The notes below the pieces were generated by a model. It saw only the letters and a program-made list of their open reading frames with translations, was not told the DNA's origin and did no database searches. The translations under genes and the position numbers were made by a program. Shown here in pieces: positions 39,211-50,352 of a stretch of 64,000 bases of DNA. The stretch is from the NCBI GenBank assembly GCA_019038645.1, contig JAHOYT010000017.1:15039-79038 (forward strand), read 5' to 3'. Source of the DNA: Bacteroidales bacterium. Its GTDB lineage: Bacteria; Bacteroidota; Bacteroidia; Bacteroidales; UBA12077. Each line of letters begins with the position of its first letter. Within the stretch, counting starts at the first letter, position 1.

Positions 39211-39765
39211 TTATACACTAGCGGTTTTACCAGCTTTTCTACGTAATTGTTCACCAACAAACTTAATCCCTTTACCTTTATATGGCTCTGGTGGTCTTAA
39301 AGAACGAATTTTTGCTGCAACTTCACCTATTAATTGCTTATTAACGCTAGTTAAAGTTATAACAGGATTGCTTCTTCTCTCTTGTTTAGCTTCAACCTTA
39401 ACCTCTACAGGTATCTGGAAATGAATGTCGTGCGAAAATCCCAAACTAAGTTCTAAAATCTGACCTTTAACTTCAGCTCTGTATCCAACACCAACTAATT
39501 CCTGTTGAGTAGTATATCCTTCTGAAACACCCACAACCATATTGTTTATTAAAGATCGGTATAAACCATGTAATGATTTATATTTTTTCTCATCAGATGG
39601 TCGTGAAACAATAACCTGATTTTCTTTTATCTCAACTTTAATATCTGTATCGACTTGTTGAGTAATCTCACCTTTAGGACCTTTAACTTTAACTTCATTA
39701 GTATCGCTAACAGTCACAGTAACTCCGCCTGGTAAATTTATTGGTAATATCCCTATTCGTGACAT
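39211..39765 (-). CDS. rplF: 50S ribosomal protein L6
   Basis: MSRIGILPI start, uL6 repeats and spc-operon order. Confidence 0.95.
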   Translation of the reverse strand: MSRIGILPINLPGGVTVTVSDTNEVKVKGPKGEITQQVDTDIKVEIKENQVIVSRPSDEKKYKSLHGLYRSLINNMVVGVSEGYTTQQELVGVGYRAEVKGQILELSLGFSHDIHFQIPVEVKVEAKQERRSNPVITLTSVNKQLIGEVAAKIRSLRPPEPYKGKGIKFVGEQLRRKAGKTASV

Positions 39766-39781
39766 TTAGTATTCCTCCTTT

Positions 39782-40180
39782 TTAATGTACATAACATAAT
39801 ACCTCGCCACCAACATTCAATGTACGTGCTTCTTTATCGGTAATTACACCTTTTGATGTTGATAAAATAGCAATACCTAAACCATTAAGTACTCTTGGTA
39901 TTTCGCTTGTGTCTACATATTTTCTTAATCCAGGCGTACTCACACGTTTAATAGAACGAATAGCCGGAGCTTTAGTTTCAGGGTGATATTTTAATGCAAT
40001 CTTAATTATCCCCTGCTTATTATCATCTTCAAATTTATATGAAAGGATATATCCTTTATCATATAATAACTTTGTAATATCTTTTTTCAAATTAGAAGCA
40101 GGAACTTCTACAACTCTATGATTTGCCATTAAGGCATTTCTTAATCGAGTAAGATAATCTGCTATCGGATCTGTGATCAT
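39782..40180 (-). CDS. rpsH: 30S ribosomal protein S8
   Basis: [13 protein letters not shown] start and conserved uS8 C-terminus. Confidence 0.95.
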   Translation of the reverse strand: MITDPIADYLTRLRNALMANHRVVEVPASNLKKDITKLLYDKGYILSYKFEDDNKQGIIKIALKYHPETKAPAIRSIKRVSTPGLRKYVDTSEIPRVLNGLGIAILSTSKGVITDKEARTLNVGGEVLCYVH

Positions 40181-40205
40181 ATCTCTTCTTATTATTATTT
40201 ACAAT

Positions 40206-40475
40206 CTACCAACTTGCCTTCCTAACACCTGGGATCAAACCTTTTGATGCCATCTCTCTGAAGGTTATTCTACTTATACCGAATTGTCTGATGTACCCTT
40301 TTGGTCTTCCGGTTATAGAGCATCTGTTATGCAATCTAATTGGATTAGAGTTTTTAGGCAATCTGCTTAATCCAACATAATCGCCTTCAGCTTTAAGTTT
40401 AGCTCTTTTCTCTGCATACTTTTCGACCAATTTTTGGCGCCTTCTTTCGCGGGCTTTCATTGATTCTTTAGCCAT
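40206..40475 (-). CDS. rpsN: 30S ribosomal protein S14 (89 aa)
   Basis: The conserved uS14 begins [17 protein letters not shown]. The track ORF (to 40601) adds 42 codons that overlap rplE, so the ATG at 40475, right after the rplE stop, is the real start. Confidence 0.9.
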   Translation of the reverse strand: MAKESMKARERRRQKLVEKYAEKRAKLKAEGDYVGLSRLPKNSNPIRLHNRCSITGRPKGYIRQFGISRITFREMASKGLIPGVRKASW

Positions 40476-40476
40476 T

Positions 40477-41034
40477 CTAGTTCTTTTTAATATTTTTAAA
40501 TGGTATTCCGAATTTGCGTAATAATGCAAATCCTTCTTCATCAGTCTTAGCACTTGTAACAAACGTGATTTCCAATCCCATGATATTATTAATTTTATCA
40601 AGGTCTATTTCCGGAAATATAATTTGCTCCTGTATTCCCAAAGAATAGTTTCCGCGTCCGTCAAATTTTGAATTAACTCCGTTAAAGTCACGAATCCTTG
40701 GAAGTGATATTCGTATTAATCTTTCCAAAAATTCAAACATATTACTTTTACGTAAAGTTACTTTAACCCCAATTGGCATTCCTTTTCTTAATTTGAAATT
40801 AGAAATATCCTTTTTAGAATAGGTTTTTATAGCTTTTTGACCGGCTATAATCGTTAACTCTTCCTGAGCAGTTTCTATAAGTTTCTTATCTGCAACTGCC
40901 TGACCAACTCCCTGGTTAAGAATGATTTTCTCTAACTTTGGAACCTGCATTACACTTTTATAGCTAAATTCCTTAGTCATTGCAGGGACTATTTCATCTC
41001 TGTATTTTGTCTGTAAAGACGGCGTATATTCCAT
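40477..41034 (-). CDS. rplE: 50S ribosomal protein L5
   Basis: Conserved uL5 sequence. Its start overlaps the rplX stop by 1 nt (TAATG). Confidence 0.95.
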   Translation of the reverse strand: MEYTPSLQTKYRDEIVPAMTKEFSYKSVMQVPKLEKIILNQGVGQAVADKKLIETAQEELTIIAGQKAIKTYSKKDISNFKLRKGMPIGVKVTLRKSNMFEFLERLIRISLPRIRDFNGVNSKFDGRGNYSLGIQEQIIFPEIDLDKINNIMGLEITFVTSAKTDEEGFALLRKFGIPFKNIKKN

Positions 41035-41357
41035 TACTTAATTTCCTCCCCAGATTTTTTTGAATATCGCACTAATTTACTTTTCTCGTTTAATCTTCTA
41101 CCAATCCTCGTAGGTTTTCCAGTAGAAGGGTCAACCACCATCAAATTTGAAATATGAACAGGGGCTTCTTTTTTTACTATACCACCTTGTGGATTATCCG
41201 CATTAGGCTTGGTATGTTTCGAAACCATATTAACGCTTTCAACAATGGCTTTTGATTTATCATAAATGACTTCAAGAACTTTGCCTTGTTGTCCTTTATA
41301 TTCACCTGCATTTACGTAAACAGTGTCGCCTTTCTTAATGTGTAATTTCCTTCGCAT
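41034..41357 (-). CDS. rplX: 50S ribosomal protein L24
   Basis: KOW motif ([21 protein letters not shown]). Confidence 0.95.
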   Translation of the reverse strand: MRRKLHIKKGDTVYVNAGEYKGQQGKVLEVIYDKSKAIVESVNMVSKHTKPNADNPQGGIVKKEAPVHISNLMVVDPSTGKPTRIGRRLNEKSKLVRYSKKSGEEIK

Positions 41358-41375
41358 GCAGCAATTATTTTTAAA

Positions 41376-41741
41376 TTATAATACTTCGGGAGCTAATGAA
41401 ATGATTTTCATGAACTTTTCTCGCAATTCCCTTGGTATAGGGCCAAATATACGTGTTCCACGAATTTCACCTGTCTGGTTTAACAATACAACTGCATTGT
41501 TATCAAAACGAATATATGAACCATCGGGACGGCGAACTTCTTTTTTAGTGCGAACCACAACAGCCCGGCTAACAGTTCCCTTTTTTACTTCTCCTGATGG
41601 TAAAGCACTTTTAACAGTAACAACTATTTGGTCACCTACAGAAGCATATCTTCGACCGGTACCTCCAAGTACACGAATACATAATACTTCTTTAGCTCCG
41701 CTATTATCAGCAACTGTTAATCTACTTTCTTGTTGTATCAT
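41376..41741 (-). CDS. rplN: 50S ribosomal protein L14
   Basis: [27 protein letters not shown]. Confidence 0.95.
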   Translation of the reverse strand: MIQQESRLTVADNSGAKEVLCIRVLGGTGRRYASVGDQIVVTVKSALPSGEVKKGTVSRAVVVRTKKEVRRPDGSYIRFDNNAVVLLNQTGEIRGTRIFGPIPRELREKFMKIISLAPEVL

Positions 41742-41743
41742 GA

Positions 41744-42004
41744 CTATTTAACTCTTTCAATAATTTCTACTAATCTCCAACATTTATTTTTGCTCAAAGG
41801 TCTTGTTTCCATTATTCTAACAGTGTCCCCTATATTGCAAGTATTTTCTTCATCGTGCGCAGTAAGTTTATTACTACGTTTGATAAATTTCCCGTATTTA
41901 GCATGTTTTACTTTACGTTCGACAGCAATTACAATGGTTTTATCCATCTTGTTGCTTACAACAACTCCAATACGTTCTTTTCTCAGTTTCCTTGTTGTTT
42001 CCAT
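41744..42004 (-). CDS. rpsQ: 30S ribosomal protein S17
   Basis: Conserved uS17 sequence ([18 protein letters not shown]...[23 protein letters not shown]). Confidence 0.95.
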   Translation of the reverse strand: METTRKLRKERIGVVVSNKMDKTIVIAVERKVKHAKYGKFIKRSNKLTAHDEENTCNIGDTVRIMETRPLSKNKCWRLVEIIERVK

Positions 42005-42013
42005 CTTAAAAAA

Positions 42014-42220
42014 TTAACTGTTCTGATTTTCGTTTAATTCTCTTCTTCGCAACTCAGTTTTCATTCTTGCAATATTCTTGCGTGTTTCTTTGATCTTCAA
42101 AGGATTGTCTAAAGGAGAAACCGCATGGTTAAGCTTTAGACGAGTCAAATGAGTATTATCTGTATCGATTCTCTCTACTAACTCCTTTATTGTCAACTCT
42201 TTTATTTCAGAATTTTTCAT
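42014..42220 (-). CDS. rpmC: 50S ribosomal protein L29
   Basis: Small helical protein at the canonical position between rplP and rpsQ. Confidence 0.9.
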   Translation of the reverse strand: MKNSEIKELTIKELVERIDTDNTHLTRLKLNHAVSPLDNPLKIKETRKNIARMKTELRRRELNENQNS

Positions 42221-42226
42221 TTTGCA

Positions 42227-42655
42227 CTAATTTGTTTTTTCTACATAATCTCGTCTAACAACGAATTTTACAGGGATAGGTAGTTTTTGTGCAGCAAGAC
42301 GTAACGCTTCCTGAGCAACTTTAAAAGGTACACCTTCAGCTTCAATAATAATTCTACCTGGCTTAATTGGTGCTACAAATCCTTCTGGTGCTCCACGACC
42401 TTTACCCATACGAACCTCTGCAGGTTTCTTTGTTATTGGTTTATCCGGAAATACCCTGATCCATATCTGACCTTCACGCTTCATGTATCTGGTAACGGCC
42501 TGTCTGGCTGCTTCAATTTGTCGTCCGGTCATCCAACACTCATCAAGTGCTTTAATTCCAAAAGAACCAAAAGAAAGCTGATTACCTCTTTGAGCATTAC
42601 CTTTCATTTTACCCTTCTGGACTCTTCTGTATTTAGTTTTCTTTGGCTGTAACAT
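42227..42655 (-). CDS. rplP: 50S ribosomal protein L16
   Basis: [19 protein letters not shown] start and conserved uL16 body. Confidence 0.95.
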   Translation of the reverse strand: MLQPKKTKYRRVQKGKMKGNAQRGNQLSFGSFGIKALDECWMTGRQIEAARQAVTRYMKREGQIWIRVFPDKPITKKPAEVRMGKGRGAPEGFVAPIKPGRIIIEAEGVPFKVAQEALRLAAQKLPIPVKFVVRRDYVEKTN

Positions 42656-42681
42656 TCCTAATAATCTTTAAAATTATCGCC

Positions 42682-43398
42682 TTATTTTCTTTTTCTCTTA
42701 TTGAAGCCACCACTTTTACCATGACCTGGCTTTTGATTTTTTGACGCACCCTGGTTTGGAGATAAATCAGGTTTTCCAAAAATTTCACCTTTACAAATCC
42801 AAACTTTGACACCTACTAATCCAACTTTTGTTAAAGCTTCGCTTAAAGAATAATCGATATCGGCACGTAGTGTGTGTAATGGAGTACGTCCTTCTTTATA
42901 TACTTCTGTACGAGCCATTTCAGCACCACCTAAACGACCTGAGATTTGAATTTTTATTCCTTCAGCACCCATTCTCATTGTTGAAGCAATTGCCATTTTT
43001 ATAGCACGACGATATGAAACTTTACCTTCGATTTGACGAGCGACGGCATTTCCAACTATTGTTGCATCAAGCTCTGGTCTTTTTACTTCAAAAATATTAA
43101 TCTGAACTTCTTTATGAGTAATTTTCTTTAACTCTTCTTTCAGTTTATCAACTTCCTGACCACCTTTTCCAATGATAATTCCAGGGCGGGCAGTATTAAC
43201 AGTAACGGTTATTAATTTCAAAGTTCTTTCAATAACAATCTTAGAAATACTAGCTTTAGCAAGTCTGGCTTCAAGATATGTTCTTATCTTATTATCTTCA
43301 GCAAGCTTATCAGCGTAATTTCTTCCACCGTACCAATTAGAGTCCCATCCTTTAATGATTCCTAATCGATTTCCTATTGGATTAACCTTTTGTCCCAT
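42682..43398 (-). CDS. rpsC: 30S ribosomal protein S3
   Basis: [14 protein letters not shown] start, a KH domain and a basic C-terminal tail. Confidence 0.95.
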   Translation of the reverse strand: MGQKVNPIGNRLGIIKGWDSNWYGGRNYADKLAEDNKIRTYLEARLAKASISKIVIERTLKLITVTVNTARPGIIIGKGGQEVDKLKEELKKITHKEVQINIFEVKRPELDATIVGNAVARQIEGKVSYRRAIKMAIASTMRMGAEGIKIQISGRLGGAEMARTEVYKEGRTPLHTLRADIDYSLSEALTKVGLVGVKVWICKGEIFGKPDLSPNQGASKNQKPGHGKSGGFNKRKRK

Positions 43399-43818
43399 CT
43401 ATTGTTCTGTTTGAGTATCGTTGTTATTTAAATTATCTAGCACTAAAGTCACGTGATTAGATCTTTTTCTAATTCTGTGGGCTCTTCCCTGAGGAGCTGG
43501 TTGAATTCTTTTCAACATTCTTGCACTATCAACAAAGATTTCTTTCACGACTAATCTGCTGTCTTCAATTCTAACACCTTCATTTTTAACCTGCCAGTTT
43601 GCAATGGCAGAAAGTAATAGTTTTTCAACTCTATTTGAGGCTTCTTTTGAACTATATTTTAAAATATCAAGAGCTTTGTTTACATCCAGTCCTCTAATCA
43701 AATCGGCAACTAACCTCATTTTTCTTGGTGAGGTAGGGCAATTTCTCAAACTAGCAAAATATTGATTTTTTTTGCTTTCTTTTATTTGATTTGCTCTTAT
43801 TCTTTTTCTTGCACCCAT
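43399..43818 (-). CDS. rplV: 50S ribosomal protein L22
   Basis: Conserved uL22 sequence ([14 protein letters not shown]...[14 protein letters not shown]). Abuts rpsC with no spacer. Confidence 0.95.
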   Translation of the reverse strand: MGARKRIRANQIKESKKNQYFASLRNCPTSPRKMRLVADLIRGLDVNKALDILKYSSKEASNRVEKLLLSAIANWQVKNEGVRIEDSRLVVKEIFVDSARMLKRIQPAPQGRAHRIRKRSNHVTLVLDNLNNNDTQTEQ

Positions 43819-43857
43819 TATTAATGTTTTATTATATTGTACTATCGTCGGTTATGC

Positions 43858-44121
43858 CTATCTGTTACCTGAATGTCCTCTGTATGTTCTTGTAGGAGCA
43901 AATTCACCTAACTTATGACCAACCATATTTTCTGTAACATAAACCGGTATAAATTTATTCCCGTTGTGAACTGCAATAGTATGCCCAACAAAATCCGGAG
44001 ATATCATTGATCTTCTCGACCAGGTTTTAATCACGGATTTTTTCCCTGCATCATTCATATCCAGGACTCTTTTTTCAAGCTTGAAATCAATAAACGGACC
44101 TTTTTTCAATGATCGACTCAT
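43858..44121 (-). CDS. rpsS: 30S ribosomal protein S19
   Basis: [12 protein letters not shown] start and [16 protein letters not shown]. Confidence 0.95.
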   Translation of the reverse strand: MSRSLKKGPFIDFKLEKRVLDMNDAGKKSVIKTWSRRSMISPDFVGHTIAVHNGNKFIPVYVTENMVGHKLGEFAPTRTYRGHSGNR

Positions 44122-44132
44122 AGTAATCTATT

Positions 44133-44957
<825 letters not shown>

Positions 44958-44962
44958 ATCAA

Positions 44963-45253
44963 TTAAATATTGCTATAAAAATCTATTTTTTCACCTTCTG
45001 ATAAAGTTACGATTGCCTTTTTAAAAGACTTTGCTCGTCCTTCGATAATACCTGATTTAGTATTTCGGGATTTCTTTTTTCCCAGATAACGCATTGTATT
45101 AACAGATTCCACTGAAACACCATACATTTCTTCAACTGCACTCTTAATCTGAAGTTTATTCGCCCTTGTATCCACTATAAAACCATACCTGTTAAAGTCT
45201 TCACTTTGTTTGGTCATTTTTTCGGTAACTATTGGCTTCAATAAAATATCCAT
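44963..45253 (-). CDS. rplW: 50S ribosomal protein L23
   Basis: uL23-like 96-aa protein at the canonical position. Confidence 0.9.
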   Translation of the reverse strand: MDILLKPIVTEKMTKQSEDFNRYGFIVDTRANKLQIKSAVEEMYGVSVESVNTMRYLGKKKSRNTKSGIIEGRAKSFKKAIVTLSEGEKIDFYSNI

Positions 45254-45267
45254 CGTATCAATTTTTT

Positions 45268-45897
45268 CTATATTCTAAACAATTTATGTAAAGGCTCAAT
45301 TGAATTCTCTACAAAGAGAATAACAGAAGCATTAACTATATCATAAGTAGCTAAATCAGAAACTGTTACTACTTTAACATCCTTTAAATTTCTGGATGAC
45401 AAATATATATTTTTATTTTGTTCAGATAAAACTAAAAGTACTTTTTTATCTGCTACTTCCAGATTATTTCTAAGATCAACAAACTCTTTTGTTTTAGGAG
45501 CCTCAAAACTAAAATCTTCCAACACTTTTATATTGTTATCAATTGCTTTTAAAGTCAAAGCTGATTTTCTGGCTAATTGCTTAACCTTTTTATTTAGCTT
45601 AAAAGAATAATCCCTTGGTTGTGGGCCAAAAGCTCTTCCACCACCCCTAAAAATAGGTGATTTTATACTACCAGCTCTGGCAGTACCGGTTCCTTTTTGT
45701 CTTTTAATCTTTCTTGTGCTACCAGCAATCTCAGATCTTTCTTTTGATTTATGTGTACCCTGACGCTTGTTAGCCATATATTGTTTTACATCAAGATATA
45801 TAGCATGCTCTTTTGGTTCAATTTTGAAAATTGAATCGTTCAAGGTAACTTTTTTACCGGTATCTTTTCCTGTTATTTTTATTATAGATAATTCCAT
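45268..45897 (-). CDS. rplD: 50S ribosomal protein L4
   Basis: Conserved uL4 sequence ([28 protein letters not shown]). Confidence 0.95.
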   Translation of the reverse strand: MELSIIKITGKDTGKKVTLNDSIFKIEPKEHAIYLDVKQYMANKRQGTHKSKERSEIAGSTRKIKRQKGTGTARAGSIKSPIFRGGGRAFGPQPRDYSFKLNKKVKQLARKSALTLKAIDNNIKVLEDFSFEAPKTKEFVDLRNNLEVADKKVLLVLSEQNKNIYLSSRNLKDVKVVTVSDLATYDIVNASVILFVENSIEPLHKLFRI

Positions 45898-45910
45898 TAC
45901 TTCTGAATAA

Positions 45911-46531
45911 TTAATACTTCTGAATAATTAAGTATGATCCTTTTGCTCCAGGAACAGATCCTTTAACAACTAATAAATTATTCTCTTTAATAACTTTGAC
46001 AACTTTAAGATTAATAACTTTAACCTTTTTATTACCTGTTTGACCAGCCATTCTCATTCCTTTAAATACTCTTGAAGGATATGAAGATGCTCCTAAAGAA
46101 CCAGGTGCACGTAATCTATTGTGCTGACCATGTGTTTGTCCTCCAACACCATGAAAACCATGACGTTTTACAACACCCTGAAATCCTTTACCTTTAGTAT
46201 ATCCTGCTACATCGACCCACATATCTTCATTGAAAATATCGATTGTAACGTCTTCACCAATTTTATAGTCTTTAATAAAGTTTACGAATTCGTGAAGAAT
46301 TCTTTTTGGAGTAGTGTTCGCTTTTTTGAAATGTCCTTTCATTGGGCTACTCGTACTCTTTTCCTTTTTTTCATCAAAAGCCAATTGATATGCATGGTAA
46401 CCATCATTATCTAATGTTTTGACTTGTGTTACGACGCATGGTCCAGCCTCAATAACAGTGCATGGAATATTTTTTCCCTCGGCACTGAAGATGGAAGTCA
46501 TCCCAATCTTTTTTCCAATTAATCCTGGCAT
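45911..46531 (-). CDS. rplC: 50S ribosomal protein L3
   Basis: [15 protein letters not shown] start and [13 protein letters not shown]. Confidence 0.95.
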   Translation of the reverse strand: MPGLIGKKIGMTSIFSAEGKNIPCTVIEAGPCVVTQVKTLDNDGYHAYQLAFDEKKEKSTSSPMKGHFKKANTTPKRILHEFVNFIKDYKIGEDVTIDIFNEDMWVDVAGYTKGKGFQGVVKRHGFHGVGGQTHGQHNRLRAPGSLGASSYPSRVFKGMRMAGQTGNKKVKVINLKVVKVIKENNLLVVKGSVPGAKGSYLIIQKY

Positions 46532-46553
46532 TGTTTCTCGTTTTTAACTTTAA

Positions 46554-46859
46554 TTATACTTTAATTTCCACCTCTACTCCACTAGGTAATTCCAGTTTCA
46601 TCAATGCATCAATAGTTTTTGGTGTAGAACTATAGATATCAAGTAATCTTTTATATGCTGATAACTGAAACTGCTCTCTTGATTTCTTATTTACAAACGG
46701 AGATCTTAGTACTGTAAACACTCTTTTGTGTGTTGGTAGCGGAATTGGACCACTAATTACAGCACCTGTAGATTTTACCGTCTTCACAATTTTCTCAGCA
46801 GATTTATCTACTAAATTGTGATCATAAGACTTTAACTTAATTCTAATCTTCTGGCTCAT
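46554..46859 (-). CDS. rpsJ: 30S ribosomal protein S10
   Basis: [14 protein letters not shown]...GPIPLPT. Only 11 nt downstream of fusA. Confidence 0.95.
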   Translation of the reverse strand: MSQKIRIKLKSYDHNLVDKSAEKIVKTVKSTGAVISGPIPLPTHKRVFTVLRSPFVNKKSREQFQLSAYKRLLDIYSSTPKTIDALMKLELPSGVEVEIKV

Positions 46860-46870
46860 TATATCCTAAA

Positions 46871-48979
46871 TTAAACTAATTCGCTTTTACCTTTTGTTTT
46901 CTCAATTATTTCTTCAGCAATACTCACAGGAACCTCTTCGTAATGTGAGAATTCCATTGTTGAAGTAGCACGTCCTGAACTTAATGTTCTTAATACAGTT
47001 ACATAACCAAATTTTTCAGCTAATGGTACTTTTGCTTTAATAACTCTTGCACCACCCTTGTTTTCCATTCCTTCAATCTTACCTCTTCGCTTATTAAAAT
47101 CTGCAATGATATCACCCATATATTCTTCAGGAGTTACAACCTCTGCATCCATAATAGGTTCAAGTAATTTTGGTTTTGCTTTTGTACATGCATGTTTAAA
47201 TGCCATTTTTGCAGCTATTTCAAATGACAATGCATCTGAATCCACCTCATGGTATGATCCGTCAAGAACTGCAACCTTTAAGCTATCTACCTGATAACCT
47301 GCCAATACGCCATTGTACATTGCCTCCTTGAATCCTTTCTTAATAGCTGGTATAAATTCACGGGGTATATTTCCACCCTTAATTTTATCAATAAACTGCA
47401 AATCTTTCTCACCTTCATCTACAGGCCCTATTTCAACCTTAATATCTGCAAATTTACCTCTACCTCCGGACTGTTTCTTAAATACCTCACGGTACTCAAC
47501 TGTTGAAGTAATTGATTCTTTATAAGCAACCTGTGGTGCTCCCTGATTACACTCAACCTTAAATTCACGAACAAGCCTATCCAGCAAAATTTCAAGATGT
47601 AACTCTCCCATTCCGCTAATAACTGTTTGTCCTGAATCAGCATCAACTTTAACTGTAAATGTAGGATCTTCTTCCGCTAATTTCTGAAGGGCAATATTTA
47701 ATCTATCTAAATCTTTTTGTGTTTTTGGCTCAACTGCAATTCCTATTACGGGTTTTGGAAAATCCATTGACTCCAGCGTAATTTGACGTTTTTCATCGCA
47801 TAAAGTATCGCCGGTACGAAGGTCTTTAAACCCTACAGCTGCACAAATATCTCCGGCCTCTATCACATCTTTTGGATTCTGTTTGTTTGCATGCATCTGG
47901 TATAAACGCGATATTCTCTCACGTTTACCCGTTCTTATATTTAAAACATATGATCCGGATGCAATTTTTCCTGAATATACTCTTAAAAACGCAAGTCTTC
48001 CTACAAAAGGATCGGTTGCAATTTTAAACGCTAATGCAGCCAATGGTTCTGATGCCTCTGGTTTACGCTCAACGATTTCGTCATTTTTAGGATTTACTCC
48101 GGAAACATTACCTACATCCATTGGACTTGGTAAAAAGGCAACAACAGCATCCAGCAAACGCTGAACACCTTTATTTTTAAAAGCTGATCCGCAAAGTACA
48201 GGTGTAATAGTCATTTCTATTGTAGCCTTTCGAATAACTTCAATCATTTCTTCTTTTGTAATTGACTCAGGGTCTTCGAAATATCTTTCCAGTAAAGCAT
48301 CATCATGTTCTGCTACTGCTTCAACTAATTTACCTCTCCATTCTTCCGCTTCACCAACTAATTCTTCAGGTATATCGACTAATTCATATCGTGTGCCCAT
48401 CTTCTCATCATCATGCCACACAATAGCTTTGTTTTCAATTAAATCAATAACTCCACTAAAAGATTCTTCTGATCCAATAGGTATTTGAACAGGAACAGGA
48501 TTTGCTCCCAATTTTTCTTTAATTTGATTTACCACTGAATAGAAATCAGCACCGGAACGATCCATTTTATTAACAAATGCCATTCTTGGTACATTATATT
48601 TATCAGCTTGTCGCCACACAGTCTCCGACTGAGGTTCTACTCCACCTACTGCACAAAATAATGCAACGGCTCCATCCAATACACGAAGCGATCTTTCTAC
48701 CTCAACGGTAAAATCCACATGCCCCGGAGTATCTATAATATTAATTTTATGTTCCTTATTGTTATAATTCCAGAAAGCTGTAGTTGCTGCAGAAGTAATT
48801 GTAATTCCTCTCTCCTGCTCCTGAACCATCCAGTCCATTGTAGCAGCTCCGTCATGAACTTCCCCAATACGGTGTGTAATACCAGTATAGAACAGAATTC
48901 GCTCTGTTGTAGTAGTTTTACCGGCATCAATATGTGCCATGATCCCGATATTTCTGGTATTTTGCAACGCTTTACTCAT
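46871..48979 (-). CDS. fusA: Elongation factor G (canonical)
   Basis: Canonical G motifs [28 protein letters not shown] and SAFKNKG. Sits in the str operon. Confidence 0.95.
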   Translation of the reverse strand: MSKALQNTRNIGIMAHIDAGKTTTTERILFYTGITHRIGEVHDGAATMDWMVQEQERGITITSAATTAFWNYNNKEHKINIIDTPGHVDFTVEVERSLRVLDGAVALFCAVGGVEPQSETVWRQADKYNVPRMAFVNKMDRSGADFYSVVNQIKEKLGANPVPVQIPIGSEESFSGVIDLIENKAIVWHDDEKMGTRYELVDIPEELVGEAEEWRGKLVEAVAEHDDALLERYFEDPESITKEEMIEVIRKATIEMTITPVLCGSAFKNKGVQRLLDAVVAFLPSPMDVGNVSGVNPKNDEIVERKPEASEPLAALAFKIATDPFVGRLAFLRVYSGKIASGSYVLNIRTGKRERISRLYQMHANKQNPKDVIEAGDICAAVGFKDLRTGDTLCDEKRQITLESMDFPKPVIGIAVEPKTQKDLDRLNIALQKLAEEDPTFTVKVDADSGQTVISGMGELHLEILLDRLVREFKVECNQGAPQVAYKESITSTVEYREVFKKQSGGRGKFADIKVEIGPVDEGEKDLQFIDKIKGGNIPREFIPAIKKGFKEAMYNGVLAGYQVDSLKVAVLDGSYHEVDSDALSFEIAAKMAFKHACTKAKPKLLEPIMDAEVVTPEEYMGDIIADFNKRRGKIEGMENKGGARVIKAKVPLAEKFGYVTVLRTLSSGRATSTMEFSHYEEVPVSIAEEIIEKTKGKSELV

Positions 48980-49009
48980 CTATCTACTCTTACCCTTTAA
49001 TCTTTATTA

Positions 49010-49486
49010 TTAAAATCTAAAATGTGCAAATGCTTTGTTGGCATCGGCCATTCTATGTGTTTCTTCTTTCTTTTTAAATGCACCACCCTCTTCGTTGAAA
49101 CCAGCAAGAATCTCTTGCGCCAACTTTTCAGCCATATTTTTACCATTACGCTGACGGGAATATTTTATCATATTTCTGATACTAATAGCCGTTTTTCTTT
49201 TAGGGTTAACTTCCATTGGAACCTGAAAAGTTGCACCACCGATTCTTCTACTTTTAACCTCAACCATTGGAGTAATATTTTCCAATGCTTTTTTCCATGT
49301 TTCAACCGGAGTGATTTCTTTGTCCTTATTTTTTTCAGCAATAAAATCCATTGCATCATAAAAAATCTGGTAAGCAACGTTTTTCTTTCCGTCTACCATA
49401 AGGTCATTTACAAACCTTGTAACCAAAGTATCTTTATATTTTGGATCCGGTAATATTATCCGCTGTTTTGGTTTTGATTTTCTCAT
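49010..49486 (-). CDS. rpsG: 30S ribosomal protein S7
   Basis: Conserved uS7 sequence ([19 protein letters not shown]). Confidence 0.95.
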   Translation of the reverse strand: MRKSKPKQRIILPDPKYKDTLVTRFVNDLMVDGKKNVAYQIFYDAMDFIAEKNKDKEITPVETWKKALENITPMVEVKSRRIGGATFQVPMEVNPKRKTAISIRNMIKYSRQRNGKNMAEKLAQEILAGFNEEGGAFKKKEETHRMADANKAFAHFRF

Positions 49487-49511
49487 TTCTATCTAAACTC
49501 TTTGATTTAGT

Positions 49512-49886
49512 TTATTTTTTTGGTCTTTTAGTACCGTATTTCGAACGTCTTTGAGTTCTTCCTTCAACACCTGATGTGTCAAGAGCACCACGAATTAAAT
49601 GATACCTAACACCAGGAAGATCTTTTACTCTACCGCCTCTGATTAAAACAATCGAGTGTTCCTGCAAATTATGACCTTCTCCAGGAATATAAGCATTAAC
49701 TTCTTTCCCGTTTGTCAACCTTACTCTTGCAACTTTTCTCATAGCAGAGTTAGGTTTTTTAGGTGTTGTTGTATACACACGTGTACAAACACCTCTCCTT
49801 TGTGGACATGCATCCAAAGCAGGAGCTTTTTTCTTAACCACAATCTGGGTTCTTCCTTTTCTTACTAACTGCTGTATTGTAGGCAT
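49512..49886 (-). CDS. rpsL: 30S ribosomal protein S12
   Basis: [12 protein letters not shown] start and [16 protein letters not shown]. Confidence 0.95.
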   Translation of the reverse strand: MPTIQQLVRKGRTQIVVKKKAPALDACPQRRGVCTRVYTTTPKKPNSAMRKVARVRLTNGKEVNAYIPGEGHNLQEHSIVLIRGGRVKDLPGVRYHLIRGALDTSGVEGRTQRRSKYGTKRPKK

Positions 49887-49927
49887 ATAATCAACTATTT
49901 AAAATAAAATTTCATAAATTCGGTTTG

Positions 49928-49935
49928 CAAAGGTA
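49928..49935 (-). promoter_or_regulatory. Candidate Bacteroidota -7 promoter box (TAnnTTTG) for rpsL operon
   Basis: The minus strand reads TACCTTTG 42 nt upstream of the rpsL ATG. An ATTG lies about 20 nt further upstream, consistent with a -33 TTTG-type element. Confidence 0.4.
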
Positions 49936-50262
49936 TTTTTTTTTTTTAAAATCCACAATAAAAACTAATTTATTTCGTATTTTTAAATTGATTCAGGAAA
50001 TAATAAATAATCTTCAAAACAACATTCCAAATACTCCAAATTAATTGATCTTTATTATTTTACCCGCACCAAATTTCTGACCGGAAAATGCCGCAAAATT
50101 ATAATCTTTTTTAGTAAATAACAAAAGAAAAAGAAAATATTTATATATTTTATTCTATTTAGAAAGATTATGAAAAAACCACTCCAGCTTATATAAAATA
50201 TCCTATAAAATTTTATACATAATATATTATATTCATGTACTTGTGTGTTGACAAAATTTTAC

Positions 50263-50270
50263 TATTTTTG
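50263..50270 (+). promoter_or_regulatory. Candidate -7 promoter box (TAnnTTTG) for the EF-G paralog
   Basis: TATTTTTG lies 83 nt upstream of the ATG at 50353, with CTTG ending 19 nt upstream of it. Confidence 0.35.
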
Positions 50271-50352
50271 AGGCCGTTTATCTAATAACTTGATAAATGG
50301 TTTGTTTATACGATTTTAGAATAAAAATTATTAATTAAATCAATAAATACAT

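Noticed and set aside
40476-40601. N-terminal 42-codon extension of the S14 ORF (track 40206..40601) overlapping rplE.
   Set aside because: The conserved uS14 sequence begins at [15 protein letters not shown] (ATG at 40475), immediately after the rplE stop. The extension has no homology-like features and lies inside rplE in another frame.
41323-41751. Numerous other antisense or out-of-frame track ORFs inside well-supported genes (e.g. 152..454, 2323..2610, 2453..2800, 4128..4412, 28453..28812, 30034..30351, 36657..36998, 41323..41751, 49022..49453, 56091..56540, 59426..59677).
   Set aside because: Each lies wholly within a longer ORF that has strong family motifs on the other strand or frame. 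Their translations are compositionally biased and lack recognisable motifs.
46860-46870. Looked for an S10-leader (L4 autoregulatory) RNA upstream of rpsJ.
   Set aside because: rpsJ follows fusA after 11 nt, so the str and S10 operons are fused and no leader region exists.
50170-50196. Tiny uORF (MKKPLQLI*) in the rpsL / EF-G-paralog divergent spacer.
   Set aside because: It is 8 codons long in AT-rich sequence, so it is expected by chance. It lies upstream of the candidate -7 box (50263..50270) and would not be on the predicted mRNA.
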